Below are positions 23,391-33,772 of a stretch of 64,000 bases of DNA, piece after piece; within the stretch, counting starts at the first letter, position 1, and the number at the start of each line of letters is the position of its first letter. This stretch comes from Podarcis muralis (taxonomy: Eukaryota). The stretch covers positions 13,268,001-13,332,000 of the forward strand of contig NC_135667.1 in the NCBI RefSeq assembly GCF_964188315.1. Reading direction: 5' to 3'. The notes under the pieces were generated by a model. The model was not told the origin of the DNA. It worked only from the letters and a program-made list of their open reading frames with translations, and ran no database searches. The translations under genes and the position numbers were made by a program.

Positions 23391-23665
23391 GAGCCAGTGT
23401 GGTGTAGTGGTTAAGAGCGGTAGATTTGTAATCTGGTGAACCGGGTTCGCATCTCCGCTCCTCCACATGCAGCTGCTGGGTGACCTTGGGCTAGTCACAC
23501 TTCTCTGAAGTCTCTCAGCCCCACTCACCTCACAGAGTGTTTGTTGTGGGGGAGGAAGGGAAAGGAGAATGTTAGCCGCTTTGAGACTCCTTTGGGTAGT
23601 GATGAAGCCGGATATCAAATCCAAACTCTTCTTCTTCCTCCTCCTCCTCCTCTTCTTCTTCATCT
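23391..23665 (+). mobile_element. MIR/Ther1-derived SINE (Squam3-like), full length
   Basis: gagccagtgtggtgtagtggttaagagc head, CORE-type gctgggtgaccttggg, (TCT/CCT)n tail; second copy at 59478. Confidence 0.85.
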
Positions 23666-23846
23666 TCTACAGCCCTTTTCCCTGACGTGCTGCTGTCTAA
23701 AAGATTGACATTAGGAATTATCCTACCCTTCGGAATTGAATTTGAAGCAAATAGAGGCTTTGTTCACATTCCCATTTACTGTCCACTCACCACCTTTCCA
23801 CCGCTTGGTTTTTTTACATGTTCACACAACAAAATAGTATTCTGTA

Positions 23847-23971
23847 AAAAAGGTAAAGGGACCCCTGACCATTAGGTCCAGTCGGGGCCGACTCTGGGGT
23901 TGTGGCGCTCATCTTGCTTTATTGGCCGAGGGAGCCAGCGTACAGGTTCCAGGTCATGTGACCACCATGAC
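23847..23971 (-). mobile_element. Sauria SINE 3' fragment
   Basis: aaggtaaaggg tail; 7-bp TSD ttctgta; absent from the duplicated unit at ~29905. Confidence 0.8.
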
Positions 23972-25066
23972 TTCTGTACTTAGTTATAAAATACTGCAGA
24001 TGGATGCATTGTTTCTCAAACCAGCTTCAAACCCTTAAGCTGTTCCCAATTCATCTTAACCAAGATTTAAACTCCTTTGTGTAGGATAAAGACATCCCCA
24101 CCCTATCAATGCCCCCTAGTGCATACACAAACAGAAACAAATGTGACACTAATGAAGCCATGCTGATGTGAATATTTAAGGGAGAAAGCGTTGTGCACAA
24201 ACAGCCCAAGAAACTCAGTGCTGAACTATAATTTGGTAATGAATGCACTCATAGACCTTGGGTTTTGTTTTCCTCTCTTACTGCAGTGATGATACTGAAT
24301 AATGGCTAGCTGTTGGAAAATCCTTCTCCTTTCAGTGGACCGAACTTGCTGCCTTTTGCTACTTTGGTGCTACCTTGAAAAATGTGTGTGATGGCAAGCA
24401 CAATGTTACAGCCAGTCTCCATAGCCATGCAGTGAAAGGAAAGTTTACATCTTTAGAAACAAGCAAGGAACAAACAAAAATCCACAGTCAAGAGGCCCAA
24501 ACCTTCCAAAGGAATAAAAAGATAATTAAGATAACGTTCTTGAAATTGCAGAATAGTAGAATATTGCAACAAAGGAAGGTGAAAGTTTGCACTAAGCAAT
24601 TAAGAATTTTAATTCATCGTCAAATACACAGACATATAAACATATTCGACATGTACACACGTAAGTTGAATATCATTGGAAATGTAAAAACAAATGGTAT
24701 TTAAGGTTCAAATCTAATTATTTTTAGTGTGTATATATTTCATTTGATGGAGCACACAAAAACCTTTAGGAAATAATTTTAACTCTGATGGTTACTTCAA
24801 GTGTTTTAGGCCTAGCATTCCGGTTCCTAAATGGGAAATGGAGTTTCTTATGGTCTTGTTGACAAGACTATATAAATTAAAAATTAATTTTGATTTCTAG
24901 TCTCAGATAGATTGATTGAAGGCAACCCTGAGGTGTTTCCTGGATTGAATCTTGACTGGACAGTATAAAATATGAGGGAGGAGATGTGTCTGTCTTACTT
25001 AACTCGAAATATTTAAGTTTGGAGAGAGTTCTGAAAGGCTTGTTTTGTCCTATTTTATCTCAACAC

Positions 25067-25230
25067 ATATTATTACCTTTCTTTCGTGCAACCTGCCCAT
25101 AGCCTCTTTCACATGATTGTTCCTCAGACAGTAGATTGGAGAGTTAAGGAAGGGTGTAATAGCTGTGTAGAAGACAGTCACTGCCTTCACAACCTCTGAC
25201 TGACTTCCTCCACCCGGAATACAATAAATC
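25067..25230 (-). pseudogene. 3' fragment (TM7 and C-tail) of an OR-6 duplicate, cut at a tandem-duplication junction
   Basis: Aligns to 31560-31723; YCIPGGGSQSEVVKAVTVFYTAITPFLNSPIYCLRN; NPL changed to NSP and native stop lost. Confidence 0.9.
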
Positions 25231-25834
25231 TACAATTGTGGTGTGGTCCCCCTTTCCATAAGCAATTATTCATTCCAGAAACACCTTAACCAGAATCAGT
25301 TTTGTATGGAGGAGAGCAAATCAGACATTTGTGCTATTTTGGGAATATTTGTTTTATTTCCATATATGCAAGTGAAGAATAAGTTGAGGCAAGCAGGGCA
25401 CACATTCCTCCCACGCAGCAGAAACCCTGAGAGAGACACCCTCCAACCCCAAGGCCCATTCAGCCTACACTTTCCTTCATGATGGACCTTTCTGCATCTC
25501 TCTCTGCCACTGCTATTTCTTCACACACTCCTACACACCTACACTTCATCCTTTCAGAGTAGGAACATTAACAGAGGGACTTCCTGTAACACCATCAAAA
25601 CCCTTAAAGGGCTTAAGCGATTTGAGAAGAGATGTTCTACTTACCCTACTATGTTGATTGATTTAACTTAAAAGAGGGATGTGTACCCCGCTTGTATGTC
25701 TTCGGATAAATTAACTTGATCTGAGGTTGGTCAAAATGGCTCTCAGGGTCCCTTCCAACTTCATGATTCTATGATTTCTTCAAATGGGCATGTTGCTTTG
25801 TTTTAACTTTATTTCCCCCTCCTACCAGCAATTT

Positions 25835-26794
25835 TTATGCCATGCCCTTTGTCATCAGCAGTCGTGACATTCTCCTTAGCAACTTGCCCAGAGCCTCCCT
25901 CACCTGATCATTCCTCAGACAGTAAATCAGCGGGTTCAGAAAAGGTGAAATAGCAGTGTAGAAGAGCGTGGCTGCCTTTGTGGCCCCTGCTTGGCTTTCT
26001 CCATGTGGAATTAAATACATAGCTCCCACTGTGCCATAAAAGAGGGTCACCACTAAGAGGTGCATAGATACGGTGGAGAAGGACTTCTGACGGCTACCTT
26101 TGTCAGAGGACTTTATCAGGGTAAAAATGACTATGCCATATGATAAGACAACAAACAATACATTGACTGAAAACAAAACATGTATGATGACCTGGCATAT
26201 AAAGGGAACACTTCCAAGAGGAGGACAGGCCAAGGACAGAATTGGCACAGGGTCACACACAAAATGGTCAATGATGTTAGGTCCGCAGAAGGTTAGCTTG
26301 GAGATCAAAGTAGCTGGGACAATATAGGCCAGAAAGCCAAGGACCCAACAAGAGGCCACCAGGGAATAGCAGGAATTTGGGGACATAATTTGTGGGTAGC
26401 GTAGTGGATGGCAGATGGCCAAGTATCGGTCCAAAGCCATGGCTGAGAGGAAGAAGAATTCAGTGCTGCCAAGTGAGAATAAGAAGTAGAACTGGAGGAT
26501 GCAGGCATGGAAGGAGATGAGCCCAGGAGGAGACACCAGGTCAAAGAGCATATGGGGAACAGTGGTGGTCACGTAGCATATCTCCAGCCAGGAGAAGTTG
26601 CTCAGCAAGATGTACATGGGAAGCTGGGCTAAGTGAGCATCGAAGAAAACCACTGTGATAATGGTGATGTTCTCAACTAAAGTGACGATATAGAGGATGG
26701 TAAAAACAATGAGGAGCACTAATCGTTTCTCCTTCTCAACTCCAAATCCCAGCAAGATGAATTCCTGTACTGTGGTACCATTGACTATCTCCAT
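25835..26794 (-). CDS. Olfactory receptor OR-5, OR11-like, 319 aa; recent duplicate of OR-4
   Basis: 10 aa differences from OR-4; same motifs; acceptor ttccag abuts the ATG. Confidence 0.96.
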   Translation of the reverse strand: MEIVNGTTVQEFILLGFGVEKEKRLVLLIVFTILYIVTLVENITIITVVFFDAHLAQLPMYILLSNFSWLEICYVTTTVPHMLFDLVSPPGLISFHACILQFYFLFSLGSTEFFFLSAMALDRYLAICHPLRYPQIMSPNSCYSLVASCWVLGFLAYIVPATLISKLTFCGPNIIDHFVCDPVPILSLACPPLGSVPFICQVIIHVLFSVNVLFVVLSYGIVIFTLIKSSDKGSRQKSFSTVSMHLLVVTLFYGTVGAMYLIPHGESQAGATKAATLFYTAISPFLNPLIYCLRNDQVREALGKLLRRMSRLLMTKGMA

Positions 26795-27169
26795 CTGGAA
26801 TCACATAACAGAAGCAGTATCACACACCTTCAGAGAGGTATCGGTTTCTTCACATAACATGAGCCTGTCTGCCTGTTTCCACCAACATACAAAGGGTAAA
26901 AAGCTATGAAATTTAGGGAGTGCAGTATGGCTTTTCCTTCCTTGCACCCTGTGTATCAGATCACAACTGAACAGTGTTCAGAAGCCATTATTTTTTCTGA
27001 TTAGCTATAAATTTTAAATGGAATAGGAGCAAATGGACTTAAAGCAGAATTGCATAGGGAAATATAATTCAGAAAAGTTCTAGCAACTTTGCCATGAACA
27101 GCTTGTCCCCACATGCTCTCCATTCTTTCAACTGCCCTGCCACAAACACACACTGAGAGAGACAGAGAA

Positions 27170-27232
<63 letters not shown>

Positions 27233-27282
27233 CAGGCTACTAAGCCCAGAAATGGCATTGAGCCAAATCACAAAATTCAATA

Positions 27283-27503
27283 CAGTGGTACCTTGGGTTA
27301 GGAACTTAATTCGTTCTGGAGGTCCGTTCTTAACCTGAAACTGTCCTTAACCTGAGGTACCACTTTAGCTAATGGGGCCTCCCATTGCCACTGCCACCAT
27401 GCAATTTCTGTTCTCATCCTGAAGCAAAGTTCTTAACCCGAGGTACTATTTCTCGGTTAATGGAGTCCGTAACCTGCAGCGTCTGTAACCTGAGGTACCA
27501 CTG
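27283..27503. mobile_element. Tc1/mariner (Tigger-like) MITE, copy 1
   Basis: TIR cagtggtacc..gggtta / taacc..aggtaccactg; TA on both sides. Confidence 0.85.
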
Positions 27504-27699
27504 TATATAGTATTTTTTTAATGTGGGTGTGGTGGGGTTTGTGTGGGTGGGTGTGAGAGGAACGAGACTGATAAATACTTTATCTAAATCTGGTTATGAG
27601 TGAAATATGTTAAGGGATGGGACATTGATGCTCTGAGACATTTTACTGTTTGAAGAACATCAAATCCCCCTCCCCACTATGCTAGGATCAACACTTTGA

Positions 27700-28110
27700 T
27701 TTTGTATATAATTTTTTATTAAGTTTTCTCTTCTACAATTTAAAGTACTCATTTTTACATCCTTAAGATATCAATGACTTCCCTTCTTCTTTTTCCATGG
27801 CTCATTTTACATATCACATATCCCTGCATATTTTACAGAAACTATACCATTCAGTATTCCATTATTACATGCATCATAACTTATTTACACTTTTGAATTT
27901 ATCTTAATGCTGCCAGCATTTTCAGCTGTACACAGTTATTTCCATATCTTCAATAAATGTTTTCCAGTCTTCTCTAAACATATATTCTTCTTGTTCTCTT
28001 ATTCTATATCTGCAAGCTGCGCATATTCTGTCAACTTAAGTTGCCACTCTTCTTTGGTCGGGACCTCGCTAGTTTTCCATTTTGGGGCTAGCAAAACACA
28101 ATTGGGCTAA
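27700..28110 (-). mobile_element. L1 LINE 3' fragment (ORF2 C-terminus and 3' UTR)
   Basis: Reverse translation ..APKWKTSEVPTKEEWQLKLTEYAQLA..EDWKTFIE; only its 5' piece survives in the duplicated unit at ~21270-21330. Confidence 0.65.
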
Positions 28111-28587
28111 CAAAAAAATATTCTGCCACCTGAAATAGCCTTTGTCACTTTGCTGAATTGTAAGGCCAGCCCTATGATAACAAAATAGCTCCTAAAATAT
28201 ACATTAATTTTAATTCATCAAATTTGATTAGATGTAAATGCATTTAATCTCCAATTCCTTTCCCTTATAATTATCTTAGGGTTTCAGCATCTAACTTTTT
28301 ACTTGTGCTGGGTTAACTGAAAACAACAGGAATATTTAGAAAATTAAATTTCAGATTATGTTTTTAAATTGATTTTGATCAAAATAATGTGTGTCAAAAT
28401 ATTATACACACCCACACATACCATTAATTAAACTACAACAGGCTTCAGAACATCTCATATATTTGTTGTATATTTGTTTGACCCTGCTGTTGTCCTGGGC
28501 ACGTAATGTTGAATGATGGTCCTTGAGGAGCCGAAATGTGGCATAGAGTGTTGGTTGCCCCATGTAATTCTACAGGATTAGGAACTA

Positions 28588-28829
28588 CAGTGGTACCTCG
28601 GGTTACATATGCTTCAGGTTACAGACGCTTCAGGTTACAGACTCCGCTAACCCAGAAATAGTACCTCAGGTTAAGAACTTTGCTTCAGGAACAGAACAGA
28701 AATCGTGCTCCAGCGGCGCAGCAGCAGCGGAAGGCCCCATTAGCTAAAGTGGTGCTTCAGGTTAAGTACAGTTTCAGGTTAAGAACAGACCTCCAGAACA
28801 AATTAAGTACTTAACCTGAGATACCACTG
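28588..28829. mobile_element. Tc1/mariner MITE, copy 2
   Basis: Same TIRs; TA TSD; empty site gaacTAcctcc at ~21845 in the duplicated unit. Confidence 0.88.
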
Positions 28830-29139
28830 TACCTCCTTCTTGGGTTGGCATTCCACCTCTGATGCAAGTTCCCTCCCAGGTATCTTGTGCTTCCATCAGA
28901 AATCCAGTTTATCTTCATTTATAGCTAGCAGTTTGTTTTCACCATTTGTCAGAAATGCACTCCCCAAGTCCTCTCTCAGAATTTGGTAAGGAAGTATGCT
29001 CCTCTCCTTGTTTTATATTGTCACACACATTCGGAATTGCAGGAGTGAATGACATAAATGACCATAACGTGGGTTTGGAATCAGAAAGAGTCCAAATATC
29101 TCTGTGTGAATTCAGGCACACCAATGCTTCAAGCCACTC

Positions 29140-29245
29140 ATTATTTCTGGCTGCAGCTTTAATCACTGACTGGCTCAACCCTTGGGAGCACCTCTCTCAG
29201 GAACTAAGCTATCTGGCAACACACAGTAGCATCTCTTGGGAGACA
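29140..29245 (-). promoter_or_regulatory. Putative OR-5 promoter with tandem O/E pair
   Basis: acccttgggag-cacc-tctctcaggaa 29178-29203; taatca upstream; third site tctcttgggaga. Confidence 0.6.
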
Positions 29246-29649
29246 CAATGCCACCCCATTTCTCCTCTCCTTACTATGTTGCATAGATTCTACTCTGTGT
29301 TCTTTCTTTGTTCTATATTAAGCTGTGCTGCTAATTCAAGTTGTGGTGTGTTCTCTCTTTCCATAAGCAATGCTTCATTCTGGAACAGTTTTGTTTGCAA
29401 GTAAGGATATCAGACGATTCCCTTGGGAATTGAATTTGAAGCAAATAAAGGCTTTGTTCACACTGTGCACTCACCACCTTTCCACTGCTTGGTTTTTTTT
29501 ACATGTTCACACAACATTACATTGGTAATGCACTGAATTCTTTCAAGTGCCCTGCCACAAACACACACTGAGAGAGACAGAGAGATAGAAAGAGAAAGGC
29601 ATGCTATTAAACCCAGGAATGGCATTGAGCCAAATCACAAAATTCAATA

Positions 29650-29891
29650 CATTGGTACCTCGGGTTAAGAACTTAATTCGTTCTGGAGGTCCGTTCTTAA
29701 CCTGAAACTGTTCTTAACCTGAAGCACCGCTTTAGCTAATGGGGCCTCCTGCTGCTGCGCCGCCGCCGGAGCACGTTTCCTGTTCTGATCATGAAGCAAA
29801 GTTCTTAACCCAAGGTACTATTTCTGGGTTAGCGGAGTCTGTAACCTGAAGCGTCTTTAACCTGAAGCTTATGTAACCCTAGGTACCACTG
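29650..29891. mobile_element. Tc1/mariner MITE, copy 3
   Basis: Same TIRs; TA TSD. Confidence 0.85.
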
Positions 29892-30999
29892 TATACAAAA
29901 TAGTATTCTGTATTTCGTTATAAAATACTGCAGTTTGATGCATTGTTTCTCAAACCAGCTTCAAACTTTAAGCTGTTCCCAATTCATATTTCCCAAGGTT
30001 TGAACTCCTTTGCATAGGATAAAGATATCCTCACCCTATCACAAACAGCCCAGGAAACTCAATGCTGAACTATAATGTAGTAATGAATGCACTCATAGAC
30101 CTTGGGCTTTGTTTTCCTCTCTTACTGTAGTGATGATACTGAATAATGGCTAGCTGTTGGAAAATCCTTCTTTCAGTGGACCGAACTTGCTGCCTTTTGC
30201 TACTTTGGTGCTACCTTGAAAAATGTGTGTGATGGCAAGCACAATGTTACAGCCAGTCTCCATAGCCATGCAGTGAAAGGAAAGTTTACATCTTTAGAAA
30301 CAAGCAAGGAACAAACAAAAATCAACAGTCAAGAGGCCCAAACCTTCCAAAGAAATAAAAAGATAATTAAGATAATGTTCTTGAAATTGCAGAATAGTAG
30401 AATATTGCTAAGCTAAGACTCTCATATTTAATGATATTAGAACATCCATTTTTATTACACGTAGAAAATTATTTTAGCTTGAGTGTTAGGCCTTGTATTT
30501 TAGTCCTCAAAGAGAGGTCAAGTGAACTTCTTTGTCATGCAGGGACAGACTTTGGAATTTTTTTTGTAATATAGTGCCCCATCCAAGGCCAAAACTTGGA
30601 GCTCCCAAATGGATCTTCTCAATTTTGTGCCCCCTCAGCTCCGTGCCCTTTTGGGGGGAGACTGCTCATACCTTCCTAAATCTTGCACTGTATTGTGCCA
30701 TGTGGTTGCCAAGCTGCCAGAGACCAGAAGTGAGATTCCTATTCACCTGGGAATGGAGGAAAGAAGCAGAGCAACTGCAGAAGCACTGCTATCAGAGGAA
30801 CCTTGTGGACAGGAAGGATTTAGCACTGCATTCCTCTGACTCAAATATCTCTTTTGCAGAGAAACCAAAAAGTGATGTTACAGTAGGAGATTACTGAAGG
30901 AGATTGAGCACCTTTAAGTGAACCAGCAACTTGCAGCACAGCTAGAGTCAACGGTCAGGCTGTACCTGCTACTGCTGCTACATAGCAGATCATTTTAAG

Positions 31000-31230
31000 C
31001 TTAATTGTGATCTTTCTCCTCAGAAGTCTTGCCTCAACAACCTTACCAGTGCCTATTTCACCTCAGAAAGGAAGATCAGTGGGTTGAGAAGAGGTGTGCT
31101 GACAGCATGGATAAATGTTGCTGCTTTGCTGATATTTGCCAAGGACAGAATTGGCTCACAACCATACCATAAATTGTCATTTATGTCAGGTATATAAAAA
31201 GATAATTTGGAGATCAGTTCATACTGGCAT
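31000..31230 (-). pseudogene. Internally deleted OR11-like pseudogene remnant
   Basis: LISKLSFYIPDINDNLWYGCEPILSLA (TM4-ECL2) fused to KAATFIHAVSTPLLNPLIF..EVK*ALVRLLR (TM7); TM5-TM6 missing. Confidence 0.75.
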
Positions 31231-31557
31231 CAATCTTAGATCTATTTTAGCTTTAGGGAAAAAAATTAACTCTGATAGTTACCTCAAGTGTTTTAGGCCT
31301 AGCACTCTGGTTCCTAAAGGGGAAATGGAGTTTCTTGTGGCCTTGTTGACAAGTCTTTGTAAAATAAAAATTAATTTTGATTTCTAGTCTCAGATGAATT
31401 TATTCTAGGCAACCCTGGGGTGTTTCCTGGCTTGAATCTTGACTGGAAAATATAAAATATGGGGGAGAAGATGTGTCTGTCTTACTCAACTCTAAATACT
31501 TAAGTTTGGAGAGACAGTTCTGAAAGACTTGTTTTGTCCTACTTTTGTCTCAACACG

Positions 31558-32496
31558 TCACCTTATTACCTTTCTCCTCCACAACCTGCCCATAGCCTCT
31601 TTCACCTGATTGTTCCTCAGACAGTAGATTAGAGGGTTAAGGAAGGGTGTAATAGCTGTGTAGAAGACAGTCACTGCCTTCACAACCTCTGACTGACTTT
31701 CTCCACCTGGAATACAATACATCGCTCCTACAGTGCCATAGAAAAGTGTTGCCACCATTATATGAAAAGATATGGTGGAGAAGGCCTTCCTTCGACTGCC
31801 TTCGCTAGATGTGTTTATCAGATTAAGAATCACAAAGGCATAGGATAGCACAACAAAGAAGATGTTGCTTAAAAACAGAGTATTGATGAAAATTTTGCAG
31901 ACAATAGAAATGTTCCCAAGAGGAGGGCAGGCCAAGGATAGAATTGGACCAAGATCACACATAAAATGGTCAATAACATTAGGACCACAGAAGGACAACT
32001 TTGAGATTAAAATAACTGGAATGATGTAGCCCAGGAAGCCTCCAGTCCAACATGAACCCACCAGGGCATAACACGAATTCCGGGACATAAGTTGTGGGTA
32101 GCGCAAAGGATGGCAGATGGCCAAATACCGATCCAAAGCCATGGCTGAGAGGAAGAAAGTTTCTGTGCAGCCAAATGAGAAGAAGAAGTAGAACTGAAGG
32201 AAGCACTCATGGAAAGAAATTACCCCATGATGGGATGCCAGGTCAAAGAGCATACGGGGCACAGTGGTAGATACATAGCACATCTCCATCCAGGAAAAGT
32301 TGCTGAGCAGGATGTACATGGGAAGCTGGGCCAAGTGGTTATCTAGGAAGACCACTGTGATAATGGTGATATTCTCAGCCAAAGTGAGCATGTAGAGAAC
32401 GGTGAAAAACACAAAGAGCAAAAATTGTTTCTGCGACTCAACTCTAAATCCCAGCAAAATGAATTCTTGGACTGTGGTTCCATTGGCTATCTCCAT
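31558..32496 (-). CDS. Olfactory receptor OR-6, OR11-like, 312 aa
   Basis: LAQLPMY, MALDRYLAICHPL, KAFSTISFHI, PFLNPLIYCLRN; start set at MEIANG after acceptor ttccag. Confidence 0.95.
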   Translation of the reverse strand: MEIANGTTVQEFILLGFRVESQKQFLLFVFFTVLYMLTLAENITIITVVFLDNHLAQLPMYILLSNFSWMEMCYVSTTVPRMLFDLASHHGVISFHECFLQFYFFFSFGCTETFFLSAMALDRYLAICHPLRYPQLMSRNSCYALVGSCWTGGFLGYIIPVILISKLSFCGPNVIDHFMCDLGPILSLACPPLGNISIVCKIFINTLFLSNIFFVVLSYAFVILNLINTSSEGSRRKAFSTISFHIMVATLFYGTVGAMYCIPGGESQSEVVKAVTVFYTAITPFLNPLIYCLRNNQVKEAMGRLWRRKVIR

Positions 32497-33618
32497 CTGG
32501 AAACACACAACAGAAGAATTGTCACATACTGTATGGAGGTGTTAAAAGTTTGTGTACCCTTTTGGTTTCCCCTGAAAGACAAAGGCTTAAGCAGGCATGT
32601 CACCAGGTAGCACAGTGTGGTGTTCCTTCTCCACCTACTTGTGGTACAGATCTTATGTGATTACTCCTCAGAAGCAACTATTTTTCAGATTGACTCTAAA
32701 TTATATCAAAAGTCTAACTCCCAAGAATGAATTTACAAAATACTCATCTATTTCTTATCAGATTTCTGAGAGAGATTCTCCTTTGATGTGGGATGTGTTT
32801 CAATGGGAACTAGATATTAACTGTATTTCTTAAAATATAGATGGGATAAACTGTCAATTTTGGTTTCTCTCTGTTTCTTTTTTTTTCAAACTTACATTCA
32901 GTTTTCCACATTTTCCACATCAGTTTGTGATTATTATTTCTAAGTCTTTGTGAAAATTCACTGGCATTTTAGTGCTAATATTTCCTAATATATACTTTCT
33001 ATCAATTGTTTCTTAGCATGCACATTTTGGCAAAGCAATTTCCCCCAATATAATACATGTTTGCATCTTATTTCCACTAATATATGCATTTTATATGCAC
33101 TTTACCCTGGTATATGTATTTTTCTACACATTACTTGTCCAGATTGAACTGCAAAATTTGGTTCATTAAAAGTTCTCCTTTTAATGTACATTGAATTGAA
33201 TTTTTCACCCATTCCTATCTGCTGCCCTTAAATCCTTAGGGATATCTAAAAGGGGGCATAAGGCAGAGCTTTCCCTGCCAACTAAGAATGGGGTAATCCT
33301 GGTGCCTTTGAAGGAAACAAAGGGATCAGCTTTCTTCCCACCCAGCTTTCCATTATCTTGGTAATAGGCCCCATATCTGAACTTCCGTAGGTCGCAGTAT
33401 GTTTCCTCCATCCAGCAAAAGGCTTACCCTAAGTCTGGTGTCGGAGCCTTGTGGGAGGAATGCTGCTCTCTGAACACTATTGACACTCATCTACAGCATT
33501 GATGGAGCAAAGGATGTAAAGACATAATGCTTTGGTGAAAGAAAGCTTCAAGATACATGTCCTTGGGCATGCAGGCAGACCAAAGCTTCAATGCCACTGA
33601 ATAGTTCTGGCTCTATTT

Positions 33619-33697
33619 TTAATCACTGACTGACACAACCCTTGGGAAGATCTCTCTAAGGAACTAAGCTATTTCTCAATAAAGCATCTCTGGGAGA
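33619..33697 (-). promoter_or_regulatory. Putative OR-6 promoter with tandem O/E pair
   Basis: taatca, acccttgggaa-gatc-tctctaaggaa 33638-33663, tctctgggaga ~33687; donor gg|gtaagc 210 bp downstream (33428). Confidence 0.6.
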
Positions 33698-33772
33698 TGC
33701 AATTCCACCTTATTCCCCCCTCTCCTAACTATGTTGCATGGATTCTTCTCTCTGTTTCTTCTTTGTTCTATA

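Noticed and set aside
23391-23470. tRNA-like sequences (also 9089, 35361, 35919, 41517, 59478)
   Set aside because: Each continues into a SINE body and tail; these are SINE heads, not tRNA genes
28939-29404. Conserved block with ORFs on both strands (also at 22.0-22.4 and 33.5-33.8 kb) as a hidden protein-coding exon
   Set aside because: Stops and indels differ between copies, while O/E and TAAT motifs are what is conserved; fits promoter and non-coding exon
27283-29891. Repeated short motifs (taacctgaag) as a CRISPR-like array
   Set aside because: Internal repeats of Tc1/mariner MITEs in a vertebrate genome; no spacer structure or cas genes
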